Part shown: positions 26,202 to 36,424 of the stretch, in pieces
How positions within the stretch are numbered: the stretch's first letter is position 1
How the letters are laid out: each line of letters begins with the position of its first letter
Assembly: GCA_965261845.1 (NCBI GenBank)
Contig: OZ253475.1
Coordinates: 2,108,967 to 2,172,966, forward strand
Direction of reading: 5' to 3'
DNA: 64,000 nt
DNA from: Candidatus Foliamicus sp.
Lineage (GTDB): Bacteria > Pseudomonadota > Gammaproteobacteria > Steroidobacterales > Foliamicaceae
Position numbers and translations under genes: made by a program
Notes under the pieces: generated by a model
The model's input: the letters and a program-made list of their open reading frames with translations, nothing else
What the model was told of the DNA's origin: nothing
The model's database searches: none

Positions 26202-27811
26202 GTGGCCGCGGACAGCTGCTCGCGCAGCCTCAGCTTGCTGACCTTGCCGGTGGCGGTATGGGGCAGCTCATCAACGAATTGCACCGCATCGGGAATCCAC
26301 CACGTGGCCACCTTGCCCCGGAACCAGGCCAGCAATTCGGCCGCATCCACCGAAGCGCCTTCCTTCAGGCAAACCACCAGCAAGGGCCGTTCAGTCCATT
26401 TCTCATGCGGCACGGCAATTACCGCCGCTTCACCTACGGCCGGATGCGCCATGGCCACGTCTTCCAACTCGATGGAACTGATCCACTCGCCCCCGGACTT
26501 GATCAGGTCCTTGGTGCGGTCGGTGATATGCATGAATCCTTCCGGATCGATGCGCGCAACGTCCCCGGTGTCGAACCATCCGTTCTCGAGCGCGGACCCC
26601 TTCGCCCGGTAGTAGCGGCTGGCGATCCACGGCCCGCGAACCTGCAGGCGTCCCACGGCCTTGCCGTCCCTGGGCAATTCGTTCCCGTCGTCATCCACCA
26701 AGCGCATTTCCACACCGTAGGGCGCACGACCCTGGGTCAGCCGCTGAGCCAGCCGGGCTTCGGCATCAAGCTTCGCGGTGCCGGCCGTGGCTGCATTCAC
26801 GCTGCCCAGCGGGCTCATCTCGGTCATTCCCCACGCATGGCAAACCTGAATGCCGTAGCGCGTTTCAAAATCTTCCATCATCGAGCGCGGGCAGGCCGCG
26901 CCACCTACAACCAGCTTCTTTACGGTTTCCAGGCGCCCACCGGTTGCGTCCAGGTAATTCAGCAAACCCAGCCACACCGTGGGCACGCCCAGCGCCGTGA
27001 TCACGCGCTCGTTGTTCATCATCGCCGCCAGCGCCTCCGGATCACCGGCCTTGGGTCCCGGAAGCACCAGCTTGGCGCCCACCATGGGGGCGCAGTAGAC
27101 CACCCCCCAGGCATTGGCGTGAAACATGGGAACAACCGGCAGGATGCTGTCGGCGCCCTTGATGCTGATCGCGTCGCACAAACCGCTCGCGTAGGTGTGC
27201 AGGATGGTCGAGCGGTGCGAGTACAGGACACCCTTGGGATTGCCGGTGGTGCCCGAGGTGTAGCACATCGAGCTGGCCGTGTTCTCATCCAGGTCCGGCC
27301 AGTCGAATGTATCGCTCTCGCCCTCAATCAATTCCTCATAACAGACCAGGCCCGGCACGGAGGACTCCGGCATGGCCTCCTTCGAGCACAACAGAACCAA
27401 GGTCTGCACGGTGGGAAAGGCCTTGTGCAGCTTTTCCAGTAACGGCAAAAGCAGAGGGTCGGCAAAAAGAAAGCGGTCTTCGGCGTGGTTGACGATGTAT
27501 TGAAGCTGCTCGGGGAACAGCCTGGGATTGACGGTGTGGAGGACCCCGCCCATACAGGAAATCCCGTAGTACAGCTCCATGTGGCGGTAGTCGTTCCAGG
27601 CCAGCGTCGCCACCCGGTCGCCCTGGTTCAGGCCCAGGCGCTTGAGCGCGTTGGCCAGTTGCGCGCAACGGCGAAAAACCCCGGCGTAAGTCGTGCGGTG
27701 CGCCGGGTTCTCAACCGTAAGCGAATAAACCTCCGATCCGCCGTGCTGCGCCTCCGCGTGGCGCATCAGGCTGGTGACCGTGAGGGGGTATTCCATCATC
27801 AATCCCTGCAT
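26198..27811 (-). CDS. AMP-dependent acyl-CoA synthetase (long-chain fatty acid--CoA ligase-like)
   Basis: AMP-binding motif 'MCYTSGTTGNPKGVLYSHRS', then 'GWFDTGDVARIDPEGFMHITDRTKDLIKSGGEWISS' and 'TATGKVSK'. Confidence 0.85.
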   Translation of the reverse strand: MQGLMMEYPLTVTSLMRHAEAQHGGSEVYSLTVENPAHRTTYAGVFRRCAQLANALKRLGLNQGDRVATLAWNDYRHMELYYGISCMGGVLHTVNPRLFPEQLQYIVNHAEDRFLFADPLLLPLLEKLHKAFPTVQTLVLLCSKEAMPESSVPGLVCYEELIEGESDTFDWPDLDENTASSMCYTSGTTGNPKGVLYSHRSTILHTYASGLCDAISIKGADSILPVVPMFHANAWGVVYCAPMVGAKLVLPGPKAGDPEALAAMMNNERVITALGVPTVWLGLLNYLDATGGRLETVKKLVVGGAACPRSMMEDFETRYGIQVCHAWGMTEMSPLGSVNAATAGTAKLDAEARLAQRLTQGRAPYGVEMRLVDDDGNELPRDGKAVGRLQVRGPWIASRYYRAKGSALENGWFDTGDVARIDPEGFMHITDRTKDLIKSGGEWISSIELEDVAMAHPAVGEAAVIAVPHEKWTERPLLVVCLKEGASVDAAELLAWFRGKVATWWIPDAVQFVDELPHTATGKVSKLRLREQLSAAT

Positions 27812-27972
27812 GGTTCTCGCACCTCCGCAGTATTCCTTCCTGGTTGAAAATGTAGCACACCTTCAGCATGAATCCGGCGAGCCGGTTTGCAGCGTGCACG
27901 AGCCGAATTCCCGCTCATCGCCGGCGCTCGAAGCCTGGTTACCCGCATTGGCGGGAATGGCCCAGGCATGCC

Positions 27973-28935
27973 TCAGTTCCGGAGCGGCAGCAGGCCGATG
28001 GGTTCAACCGGCTTGCCGTTGCGGCGGATCTCGAAATGCAGCATGGCGGCATTGCCCGATCCTACGCCCATGGTGGCAATCGGTTGACCGGCGCGCACCG
28101 CGTCGCCCTCGCTCACCAGAATCTTCTCGTTGTGGCCATAGGCGCTGAGCCATTGGGGAGTGTGCTGCACGATCACCAGCAGCCCGTACGCCTTCAGGCC
28201 ATCCCCTGCGTACATGACCTTGCCGCTGTCGGCAGCCACAATATCCTGCCCGCGCTCGCCCATGATGCGGATGCCGAAATCGCCCGCGCGCACCCTTGCA
28301 CTCTTGGCATCTACGCTCCCTTGCGTGGGCCATCGCCACTTGCCCTTGCCCGGCGCGGGACCGGCCGACGAGGAGGCCCCGAAAGAGGCAGGGCCGGCCT
28401 TGGCCGGAGCAGACCGCCCCCCAACCGCCGCCTTTGCGCCGGCCCCGGCCGCAGAGGCGACCGGCTTGGCCTCCCGAACGCCCCCGGTGGCCGCGCCAGG
28501 CGCCGGAGAAGCTATGGCTCCGGCCGTTGGGGAGCCTGCAGCCGAACCGCCCTGTTCGGCAACCGCGTAGCCGGGCGAAGGCGTAAGCCTGAGCCGCTGA
28601 CCCACAAGAATCAGGCTGCCGTCCCCCAGCTTGTTCCACGCCGCCAGGTCGGCCACCCGCAAGCGGGAGCGCCAGGCAATCGAGAACAGCGTATCGCCGG
28701 ACTCCACCGTGTACCACTCCTCGGCCATCCCCGAAACAGGCTCCGCCGCACTCGCCTCTGCCGGCCTTGAGGCCGCTGACGAAGGCGTAGTTGTCCCCAC
28801 CGGCGTCTGCCCGGGGGGACCAGGAGTCTCAGGAATCCAGCCCCAACAGCCGGACAAGAGCAAACCGCTGGCGGCAAGCAAAAAGTGCGCGCGCACCGAT
28901 CGAAAACGAGGAGAGAATTTCACAGGTACCACCAT
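27973..28935 (-). CDS. nlpD: Murein hydrolase activator NlpD-like lipoprotein (LysM + M23 domains)
   Basis: The ATG at 28935 gives 'MVVPVKFSPRFRSVRAHFLLAASGLLLSGC' (lipobox). LysM motif 'YTVESGDTLFSIAWRSRLRVADLAAWNKL'. M23 domain 'GIRIMGERGQDIVAADSGKVMYAG...GLLVIVQH...SAYGHN'. The longer ORF-track start overlaps the upstream gene. Confidence 0.85.
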   Translation of the reverse strand: MVVPVKFSPRFRSVRAHFLLAASGLLLSGCWGWIPETPGPPGQTPVGTTTPSSAASRPAEASAAEPVSGMAEEWYTVESGDTLFSIAWRSRLRVADLAAWNKLGDGSLILVGQRLRLTPSPGYAVAEQGGSAAGSPTAGAIASPAPGAATGGVREAKPVASAAGAGAKAAVGGRSAPAKAGPASFGASSSAGPAPGKGKWRWPTQGSVDAKSARVRAGDFGIRIMGERGQDIVAADSGKVMYAGDGLKAYGLLVIVQHTPQWLSAYGHNEKILVSEGDAVRAGQPIATMGVGSGNAAMLHFEIRRNGKPVEPIGLLPLRN

Positions 28936-29498
28936 AACCCAACGGTCAATACAGCAAGACCCACAAGCACCCAGCCGACCGTATCCGAATATCGAAGGGC
29001 ATTGAGCGCCTTGGGTCCGATCCAGGCAGCCAGCCCGCCTACCAGAAAGAAGCGTAAGCCACGTCCCAGCAGCGAGGCAGCCAGAAATGTGCCTACGTCC
29101 ATGCTCAGGGCGCCGGCGGAAATCGCGAAGACCTTGTACGGCAACGGTGTGAAGGCCGCCAGAACCAGCGCCCAATAGCCCCAGCGCTGATACCAGCCCT
29201 GCACCTGTGAGTATTTATCGCCCCAGCCCAGCTCTTCGATCCAGGGCAGCAGCGCGTCAATCGCTAGGTAACCCAGCAGCAGTCCAACCAATCCCCCGGC
29301 CACGGAGAAAACCAGGGTCAAGGTGGCCAGCCGCAGCATTCTGTTCGGGGCCGCGGCGCACATCGGAACCAGCATCACGTCAACCGCGATCGGAAAGAAT
29401 ATCGACTCGGCAAAGCTGACCGCGCACAACACGGCCGGCGCCTGCCGCATCCGGGCCCAGGTCAGAACACGATCGGCGAGCGGCGCAAATACCTGCAT
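28920..29498 (-). CDS. YqaA/DedA-family inner membrane protein
   Basis: 'VSFAESIFFPIAVDVMLVPM' and a multi-TM profile typical of the YqaA-type SNARE-associated family. Confidence 0.7.
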   Translation of the reverse strand: MQVFAPLADRVLTWARMRQAPAVLCAVSFAESIFFPIAVDVMLVPMCAAAPNRMLRLATLTLVFSVAGGLVGLLLGYLAIDALLPWIEELGWGDKYSQVQGWYQRWGYWALVLAAFTPLPYKVFAISAGALSMDVGTFLAASLLGRGLRFFLVGGLAAWIGPKALNALRYSDTVGWVLVGLAVLTVGLWWYL

Positions 29499-29515
29499 GG
29501 CGGGACGTTGGGAAT

Positions 29516-30208
29516 TCAGCCCCTGCCCGGCAATAGCGGCACGAACGCTACCGGAGCCAGGCTTTCGCTGAGGTCGCCCTCTTCGCCACGCTCTATGCGC
29601 ACCAACTCCTGGTGGCCATGGTCACCGACGGGAATGACAAGCCGCCCACCCGGCGCAAGTTGTTCGAGCAGCGCCCGGGGCACGGCCACTGCTCCAGCAG
29701 CCACCAGGATCGCGTCGAAAGGGGCCTGTCCCGGCCATCCCAACATCCCGTCGCCATGGCGGAAGCGCACATTGTTGCAGCGCAACTCGGCCAGCAGCGG
29801 GCGAGTCGCCGCCAGCAGGGACCCGATCCGTTCAATGCTGAACAGGCTTTGAACCAGCGGCGCGAGGATGGCGGTCTGATAGCCCGAGCCGCAACCCACT
29901 TCCAGGACTTTTCCCGGCCGCCGCATCCCGCCGTCGTCGTCCATCAACAGTGCCTGGGTCATCAGCGCCACGACGTAGGGCTGGGAAATAGTCTGGCCGG
30001 ATCCGATCGGCAGCGCGTTGTCGTTGTAGGCATAACGCTCCAGGGCCTCATCGATGAACAGGTGGCGCGGAGTGCGGCGAATCTGCTCGAGCACCTCGGC
30101 GCTCCGGATTCCGCGTTCCCGAAGCGAATCGGCCAGCCGGTCGCGGGCCCTTGCGGAAGTCAGGCCGATGCCGCTTTGGCGGCGTTGCGTCGATTGGGCG
30201 CCGGTCAT
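29516..30208 (-). CDS. pcm: Protein-L-isoaspartate O-methyltransferase
   Basis: 'PRHLFIDEALERYAYNDNALPIGSGQTISQPYVVALMTQAL' and 'VLEVGCGSGYQTAILA'. Confidence 0.9.
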   Translation of the reverse strand: MTGAQSTQRRQSGIGLTSARARDRLADSLRERGIRSAEVLEQIRRTPRHLFIDEALERYAYNDNALPIGSGQTISQPYVVALMTQALLMDDDGGMRRPGKVLEVGCGSGYQTAILAPLVQSLFSIERIGSLLAATRPLLAELRCNNVRFRHGDGMLGWPGQAPFDAILVAAGAVAVPRALLEQLAPGGRLVIPVGDHGHQELVRIERGEEGDLSESLAPVAFVPLLPGRG

Positions 30209-30948
30209 AGCTCCAACCAGTCGCGGGTGGCCTCAAGACGATTGTGATCGGTGAGGTCGGAATGCAGTGGAGTCACCGAAATCCAGCCGTCGCGCAGGGC
30301 GAAAAAGTCTGTTCCGGGACCCGCGTCCAGCCCATGGCCGGGAAGGCCCATCCAATAGAGCTTGCCGCCGTAAGGATCGTCGGAGATCTTCACCCGCGCC
30401 GCCTTGTGGCGATGGCCCATGCGGGTCAGCTTGAAGCCGCGAATTTCGTCCCATGGCAGGTCCGGAACATTCACGTTCAAGAGCATGTTCCCGGGCGGTC
30501 GATTCCTGCTCAGCCGCTCGAACAGTTCGCTGACGGCACGCTGCGCCGAGTCAAAGTTCTTGGGTGGATAGCCGGCAACGGATACGGCCACCGCCGGCAC
30601 GTCCAGAACTCGCGCCTCCATCGCCGCGGCCACGGTACCCGAGTAAAGCACGTCATCGCCCAGATTGGGACCATGGTTGATGCCGGAAAACACCATGTCG
30701 GGATCCTCCGGCAGTAGTCCGGTGATGGCGATATGCACACAGTCGGTAGGAGTGCCCGAGCAGTACCAGCGGTTGTTCCCCAACTGCGTGACCCGCAGCG
30801 GCTCAAACAGCGTGAGTGAATTGCTGGCCCCGCTGTGATTGCGCTCGGGCGCGACAATCATGATTTCCGCAAGTCCCAGCAGTGCCCGCTCCAGGGCCTG
30901 GAGACCCTCCGCGCGGTAGCCGTCGTCGTTGGATAGCAGCACCCGCAT
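30205..30948 (-). CDS. surE: 5'/3'-nucleotidase SurE
   Basis: 'MRVLLSNDDGYRAEGLQAL...VAPERNHSGASNSLT...SGINHGPNLGDDVLYSGTVAAAMEA'. Confidence 0.92.
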   Translation of the reverse strand: MRVLLSNDDGYRAEGLQALERALLGLAEIMIVAPERNHSGASNSLTLFEPLRVTQLGNNRWYCSGTPTDCVHIAITGLLPEDPDMVFSGINHGPNLGDDVLYSGTVAAAMEARVLDVPAVAVSVAGYPPKNFDSAQRAVSELFERLSRNRPPGNMLLNVNVPDLPWDEIRGFKLTRMGHRHKAARVKISDDPYGGKLYWMGLPGHGLDAGPGTDFFALRDGWISVTPLHSDLTDHNRLEATRDWLEL

Positions 30949-30956
30949 GGAAGCGC

Positions 30957-31292
30957 CTATTCCCGTGCTCCGCCAGGCGGGTCGCCCGGCTCGGTGCTCT
31001 CAGGCTCAGCCGGTTCCTCGACCAGCAGGTAAATCTTCTCGCCCGGGCCAATCATGCCCAGCTCGGAACGCGCCAGCCGTTCAATTTCCTCATCGCCCTG
31101 CTTGAGGTCCTCTACTTCCGCGGCCAGTCGGCGGTTGCGCTCCCGTAACTCGGCGTTCTTGCGATCCTGTTCGGCCACATCTTTCTGGGCCCGGAACAGG
31201 CCCGCCAATCCATCGTCGGCGAACCACAAGGGATATTGCAACGCGGCCAATGCCACGCAGGCCGCCAGTATGCCTACCGTCTTAGCCCGCAT
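30957..31292 (-). CDS. ftsB: Cell division protein FtsB
   Basis: Single N-terminal TM, a coiled coil ('QDRKNAELRERNRRLAAEVEDLKQG') and 'EEIERLARSELGMIGPGEKIY'. Confidence 0.8.
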   Translation of the reverse strand: MRAKTVGILAACVALAALQYPLWFADDGLAGLFRAQKDVAEQDRKNAELRERNRRLAAEVEDLKQGDEEIERLARSELGMIGPGEKIYLLVEEPAEPESTEPGDPPGGARE

Positions 31293-31303
31293 GGCTCAAC
31301 AAG

Positions 31304-31413
31304 GCGCCGACCCTTGCCCCCGTCCGGCGGGAGACGCAGCGAGCACATCCCAGTGGCTCGGCGTCGGCATCCTGCCTCCGACGCTCCCGCCGCACGGGGG
31401 CAAGGGTCGGCGC
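31304..31413. repeat. Long nested hairpin: perfect 20-bp outer inverted repeat with 70-nt structured spacer
   Basis: gcgccgacccttgcccccgt (31304-31323) pairs with acgggggcaagggtcggcgc (31394-31413). Inner pairings are ggcgggag/ctcccgcc and gtcgg-catcctgcct-ccgac. Located between eno and ftsB. Confidence 0.8.
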
Positions 31414-31416
31414 TCT

Positions 31417-32715
31417 CTAGTCCGCATGGTGATGCACTACTGAAGCCGGGAAGGCGTTGAGTCCGGCGTATGGCGCTTGCTCGCCCAGATCTTCGGAGAT
31501 TCTAAGCAGGCGATTGTATTTCTCGGTGCGATCCGAACGGCACGGCGCGCCGGTCTTGATCTGGGTGGCCGCGGAGCCCACCGCCAGGTCGGCGATGAAG
31601 GTATCTGCTGTTTCGCCCGAGCGATGCGAGATGACCGCCGCATAGTCCGCGGCCACCGCCGCATCCACTGCCGCAAGAGTTTCCGTGAGCGTGCCTACCT
31701 GGTTCGGCTTGATCAGAATTGCGTTTCCCACCTTGCGCGCGATGCCCTCGGCAAGTATGGCCGTTTGGGTAACGAAAATATCGTCCCCCACCAACTGCAC
31801 CTTGCCGTCCAGGGCACGCGACAACGCTTCCCAACCCGTCCAGTCGTCCTCCGCCATGCCGTCCTCGATGCTCACCACGGGATACTGGTCCGCCAGTTCC
31901 TTGAGCCAACCGGCGAAATCGCCGGGATCGAAAGTGCGGTCTTCCGACGCCAGGCGATACACGCCGTCGGCATACAACTCACTGGCAGCCACATCCAGGC
32001 CCAGGAGGAAGTCTCCGGGCACCGAAAAACCGGCGCGTTGGATCGCCTCGATCAGTTCCTCCAGGGCTGCGGAGTTGGACGGAAGGTCCGGCGCGAAACC
32101 CCCTTCATCGCCGACCGCCGTGGAGCGCCCGGAGCTGCGCAGGACCCGCTTGAGCATGTGGTACACCTCCACACCCCAGCGCAAGGCTTCGGAAAAGTCG
32201 TTCGCGCCCACCGGCAGGATCATGAATTCCTGCACGTCCAGGCGGTTGTCGGCGTGCGCGCCGCCGTTGACGACGTTCATCATCGGCGTGGGCATCAGTG
32301 GCGATCCCTTGCCGAGACTCTGGTAAAGCGGGATTCCTTCAGCAGCGGCCGCCGCGCGGGCGTAGGCCAGCGAGACGGCCAGGATTGCGTTGGCGCCCAG
32401 GCGCGAACGGTTTGAGGTGCCGTCCAGGGCCACCATGCGCGCGTCCAGTTCTTCCTGCCGGCAGCCTTCCATGCCGAGCAAGGCATCGCGTATCTCGCCG
32501 TTCACATGACCAACGGCGCGCCGCACCCCGCGGCCACCGTAGCGGTCTTCTTGTCCATCGCGAAGCTCAACAGCTTCGCGCGCGCCGGTTGAGGCCCCGG
32601 AGGGCACGGCTGCCCGGCCGCGCGCGCCGCAACTCAACTCGACCTCGGCCTCCAGGGTCGGGTTGCCGCGCGAATCAAGGATTTCGCGGGCGTGAATTCG
32701 GGTTATTACAGACAC
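31417..32715 (-). CDS. eno: Enolase
   Basis: '[27 protein letters not shown]', '[17 protein letters not shown]'. Confidence 0.97.
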   Translation of the reverse strand: MSVITRIHAREILDSRGNPTLEAEVELSCGARGRAAVPSGASTGAREAVELRDGQEDRYGGRGVRRAVGHVNGEIRDALLGMEGCRQEELDARMVALDGTSNRSRLGANAILAVSLAYARAAAAAEGIPLYQSLGKGSPLMPTPMMNVVNGGAHADNRLDVQEFMILPVGANDFSEALRWGVEVYHMLKRVLRSSGRSTAVGDEGGFAPDLPSNSAALEELIEAIQRAGFSVPGDFLLGLDVAASELYADGVYRLASEDRTFDPGDFAGWLKELADQYPVVSIEDGMAEDDWTGWEALSRALDGKVQLVGDDIFVTQTAILAEGIARKVGNAILIKPNQVGTLTETLAAVDAAVAADYAAVISHRSGETADTFIADLAVGSAATQIKTGAPCRSDRTEKYNRLLRISEDLGEQAPYAGLNAFPASVVHHHAD

Positions 32716-33590
32716 GATCCCTCGGCCAGGGGGCGGGATTTCACCAGCCGGTCCAACTCCAGCAGCGACTCCATTAATTCTCGGACGCGGTGCAGAGGCC
32801 AGGCGTTGGGGCCATCGCTCAACGCCTCCTCGGGCCGGGGGTGGGTTTCCATGAACAGTCCCGCCACGCCTGCGCCGACCGCCGCGCGGGCCAGTACCGG
32901 AACAAATTCACGCTGTCCGCCGGATGACGTGCCCCTGGCGCCCGGTAATTGCACGGAGTGGGTGCAGTCGAACACCACCGGACAGCCGGTAGCACGCAAC
33001 TGGGCCAGCGAGCGCATGTCCACCACCAGGTTGTTGTAGCCGAACGAATAGCCCCGTTCGCACACCAGGATGGAAGTATTTCCGGTGGACCGCGCCTTCT
33101 CCACGACATTGATCATTTCGGCCGGGGAGAGAAACTGGCCCTTCTTGATATTAAGCGGTCGGCCCGCGCCGGCGGCCCGCAAAATGAAATCGGTCTGCCG
33201 GCACAAGAGCGCCGGCGTTTGCAGCACGTCCGCCACCGCGGCCACTTCGTCCATGGGAGTGTTCTCATGCACGTCGGTCAGCACCGGCACACCGATCTGT
33301 TGCTTGACCTCCTGAAGTATCCGCAATCCGCGCTCCAGCCCGTGACCGCGGAAACTGGATAGCGAAGAGCGGTTGGCCTTGTCGAAAGAAGACTTGTACA
33401 CCAACGGGAACTCAAGCTCGCGGCTGATTTCCGCAAGTAGCCCCGCGGTCTCCAGAGCCGATTCCCTTGACTCGACTACGCAGGTCCCGGCGATCAGGAA
33501 CAGCGGCCGATCCAGTCCCGCGGAAAAACCCGCCACCTCCACCCTGCCGGGACCGGCTTCGGCCGCCGCCGGCAAGTCACGCGTCGCCAC
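32706..33590 (-). CDS. kdsA: 3-deoxy-8-phosphooctulonate synthase
   Basis: '[18 protein letters not shown]...[15 protein letters not shown]...[11 protein letters not shown]'. The GTG start at 33590 lies 8 nt after the pyrG stop. The ORF-track ATG at 33638 would overlap pyrG by 41 nt. Confidence 0.9.
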   Translation of the reverse strand: MATRDLPAAAEAGPGRVEVAGFSAGLDRPLFLIAGTCVVESRESALETAGLLAEISRELEFPLVYKSSFDKANRSSLSSFRGHGLERGLRILQEVKQQIGVPVLTDVHENTPMDEVAAVADVLQTPALLCRQTDFILRAAGAGRPLNIKKGQFLSPAEMINVVEKARSTGNTSILVCERGYSFGYNNLVVDMRSLAQLRATGCPVVFDCTHSVQLPGARGTSSGGQREFVPVLARAAVGAGVAGLFMETHPRPEEALSDGPNAWPLHRVRELMESLLELDRLVKSRPLAEGSCL

Positions 33591-33597
33591 CGGTGTG

Positions 33598-35301
<1,704 letters not shown>

Positions 35302-35323
35302 TCACAGACTACTGCCGAAAGCC

Positions 35324-35376
35324 CTGGGAACGAGGGCGTCCCGCCCTCGTCGAGGGCGGGACGCCCTCGTTCCCAG
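35324..35376. repeat. REP-like element, perfect 53-bp palindrome (reference copy)
   Basis: ctgggaacgagggcgtcccgccctcg-t-cgagggcgggacgccctcgttcccag. The two 26-nt halves are exact reverse complements. Located between pyrG and tilS. Confidence 0.95.
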
Positions 35377-35389
35377 CGACGCCTTGGGT

Positions 35390-36376
35390 TCATTCGGAGT
35401 CCGGGAGCGCAACCGCGGCAATGTAAATGCGGCCCCGGCGGCGCGTGAGGCGCGCGCCGCGCCAACGGGCTTCCGGATGCCGGTCGGCCGCCGCGTTGAG
35501 TAGCATGTCCAGCGCCGCAGTCAGGCGCGCCTCGGAGGGCGCCGCAATACCCAGGGCAGCCAATCGCGCCCGCATCAGATTGGCCCGTCGCGTCGGCGGC
35601 AATTTCAACAGGCCGGAACACTCAACACTGTCGGCGTGAACGATACCCTCCCCATCGAGCTCAGCCAGCGCGCGCAGCAATTCCCCGGTGTCGCCGGCCA
35701 GGCGGGCCAGGCGCCCGGCCGTAGCGCCGGCGCCCGGCCATCGCTCGCGTAACACCGGCAGCACCTTGTCGCGCAGAAAAGAGCGGTCGAAACCGGTATC
35801 ACGATTGGAAGGGTCCTCCACAAAGGTTGTAGCTTTGCTTTCGAGCCAGGCCTTGAGTTCGTGCCGCGGCACGTCCAACAACGGCCGCAGCAGCCACCCG
35901 TCGCCGCAACGCCGGCTCTCGTGGATACCGGCCAGGCCGCTCACGCCGGCGCCACGCAACATTCGTAGCAGCAACGTTTCCCACTGGTCGTCCTGGTGGT
36001 GCGCGGTGAACAGGCATTCGCCCGGCTCCATCAGCGTGCCCAGGGCCCGATAGCGGGCTCGGCGGGCCGCTGCCTCCAGCCCTCGCCCGTCTTCTGCGAC
36101 CCGTACCTCGCAAACCTGCAAGGGAACATTCAGTGACCGAGCTACCGCCGCACAATGCGCAGCCCAATCGGCAGCCTCGTTCTGCAGCCCGTGATTGATA
36201 TGGGCGGCCCGCAGGCGGCCGCGCCCGGAATCCCCCAACAGCTCATGCAAGGCCAGCAGCAAGGCCGTGGAATCCGCCCCGCCGCTGAACGCAACCAGCA
36301 GCCTTCGCTCCCGCCAATCCGGCCGCGAGCGATCCAGCGCGGCCTTGAGTGCTTGCGGGACCGGGTGGGAGTTCAC
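35390..36376 (-). CDS. tilS: tRNA(Ile)-lysidine synthetase (short form)
   Basis: PP-loop 'LLVAFSGGADSTALLLAL'. The conserved 'HINHGLQ' and 'TAHHQDDQWETLLLRMLRGAG' are present. Only 328 aa. Confidence 0.85.
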   Translation of the reverse strand: MNSHPVPQALKAALDRSRPDWRERRLLVAFSGGADSTALLLALHELLGDSGRGRLRAAHINHGLQNEAADWAAHCAAVARSLNVPLQVCEVRVAEDGRGLEAAARRARYRALGTLMEPGECLFTAHHQDDQWETLLLRMLRGAGVSGLAGIHESRRCGDGWLLRPLLDVPRHELKAWLESKATTFVEDPSNRDTGFDRSFLRDKVLPVLRERWPGAGATAGRLARLAGDTGELLRALAELDGEGIVHADSVECSGLLKLPPTRRANLMRARLAALGIAAPSEARLTAALDMLLNAAADRHPEARWRGARLTRRRGRIYIAAVALPDSE

Positions 36377-36424
36377 ATCACCATCGTTGCGGTTCCGTCC
36401 CGTTGCGGCAACCGGCTGCCGGGA

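Noticed and set aside
8698-27442. Many 200-500-aa ORFs antisense to confident genes, including 8698..9528, 10685..11611, 11412..12503, 13695..14525, 14878..15882, 19113..20210, 21778..23298, 23356..24192 and 26258..27442
   Set aside because: Each lies opposite a gene with clear family motifs. Their translations are Arg/Ala/Gly/His-rich with no recognisable motifs. Long open antisense frames are expected at this GC content.
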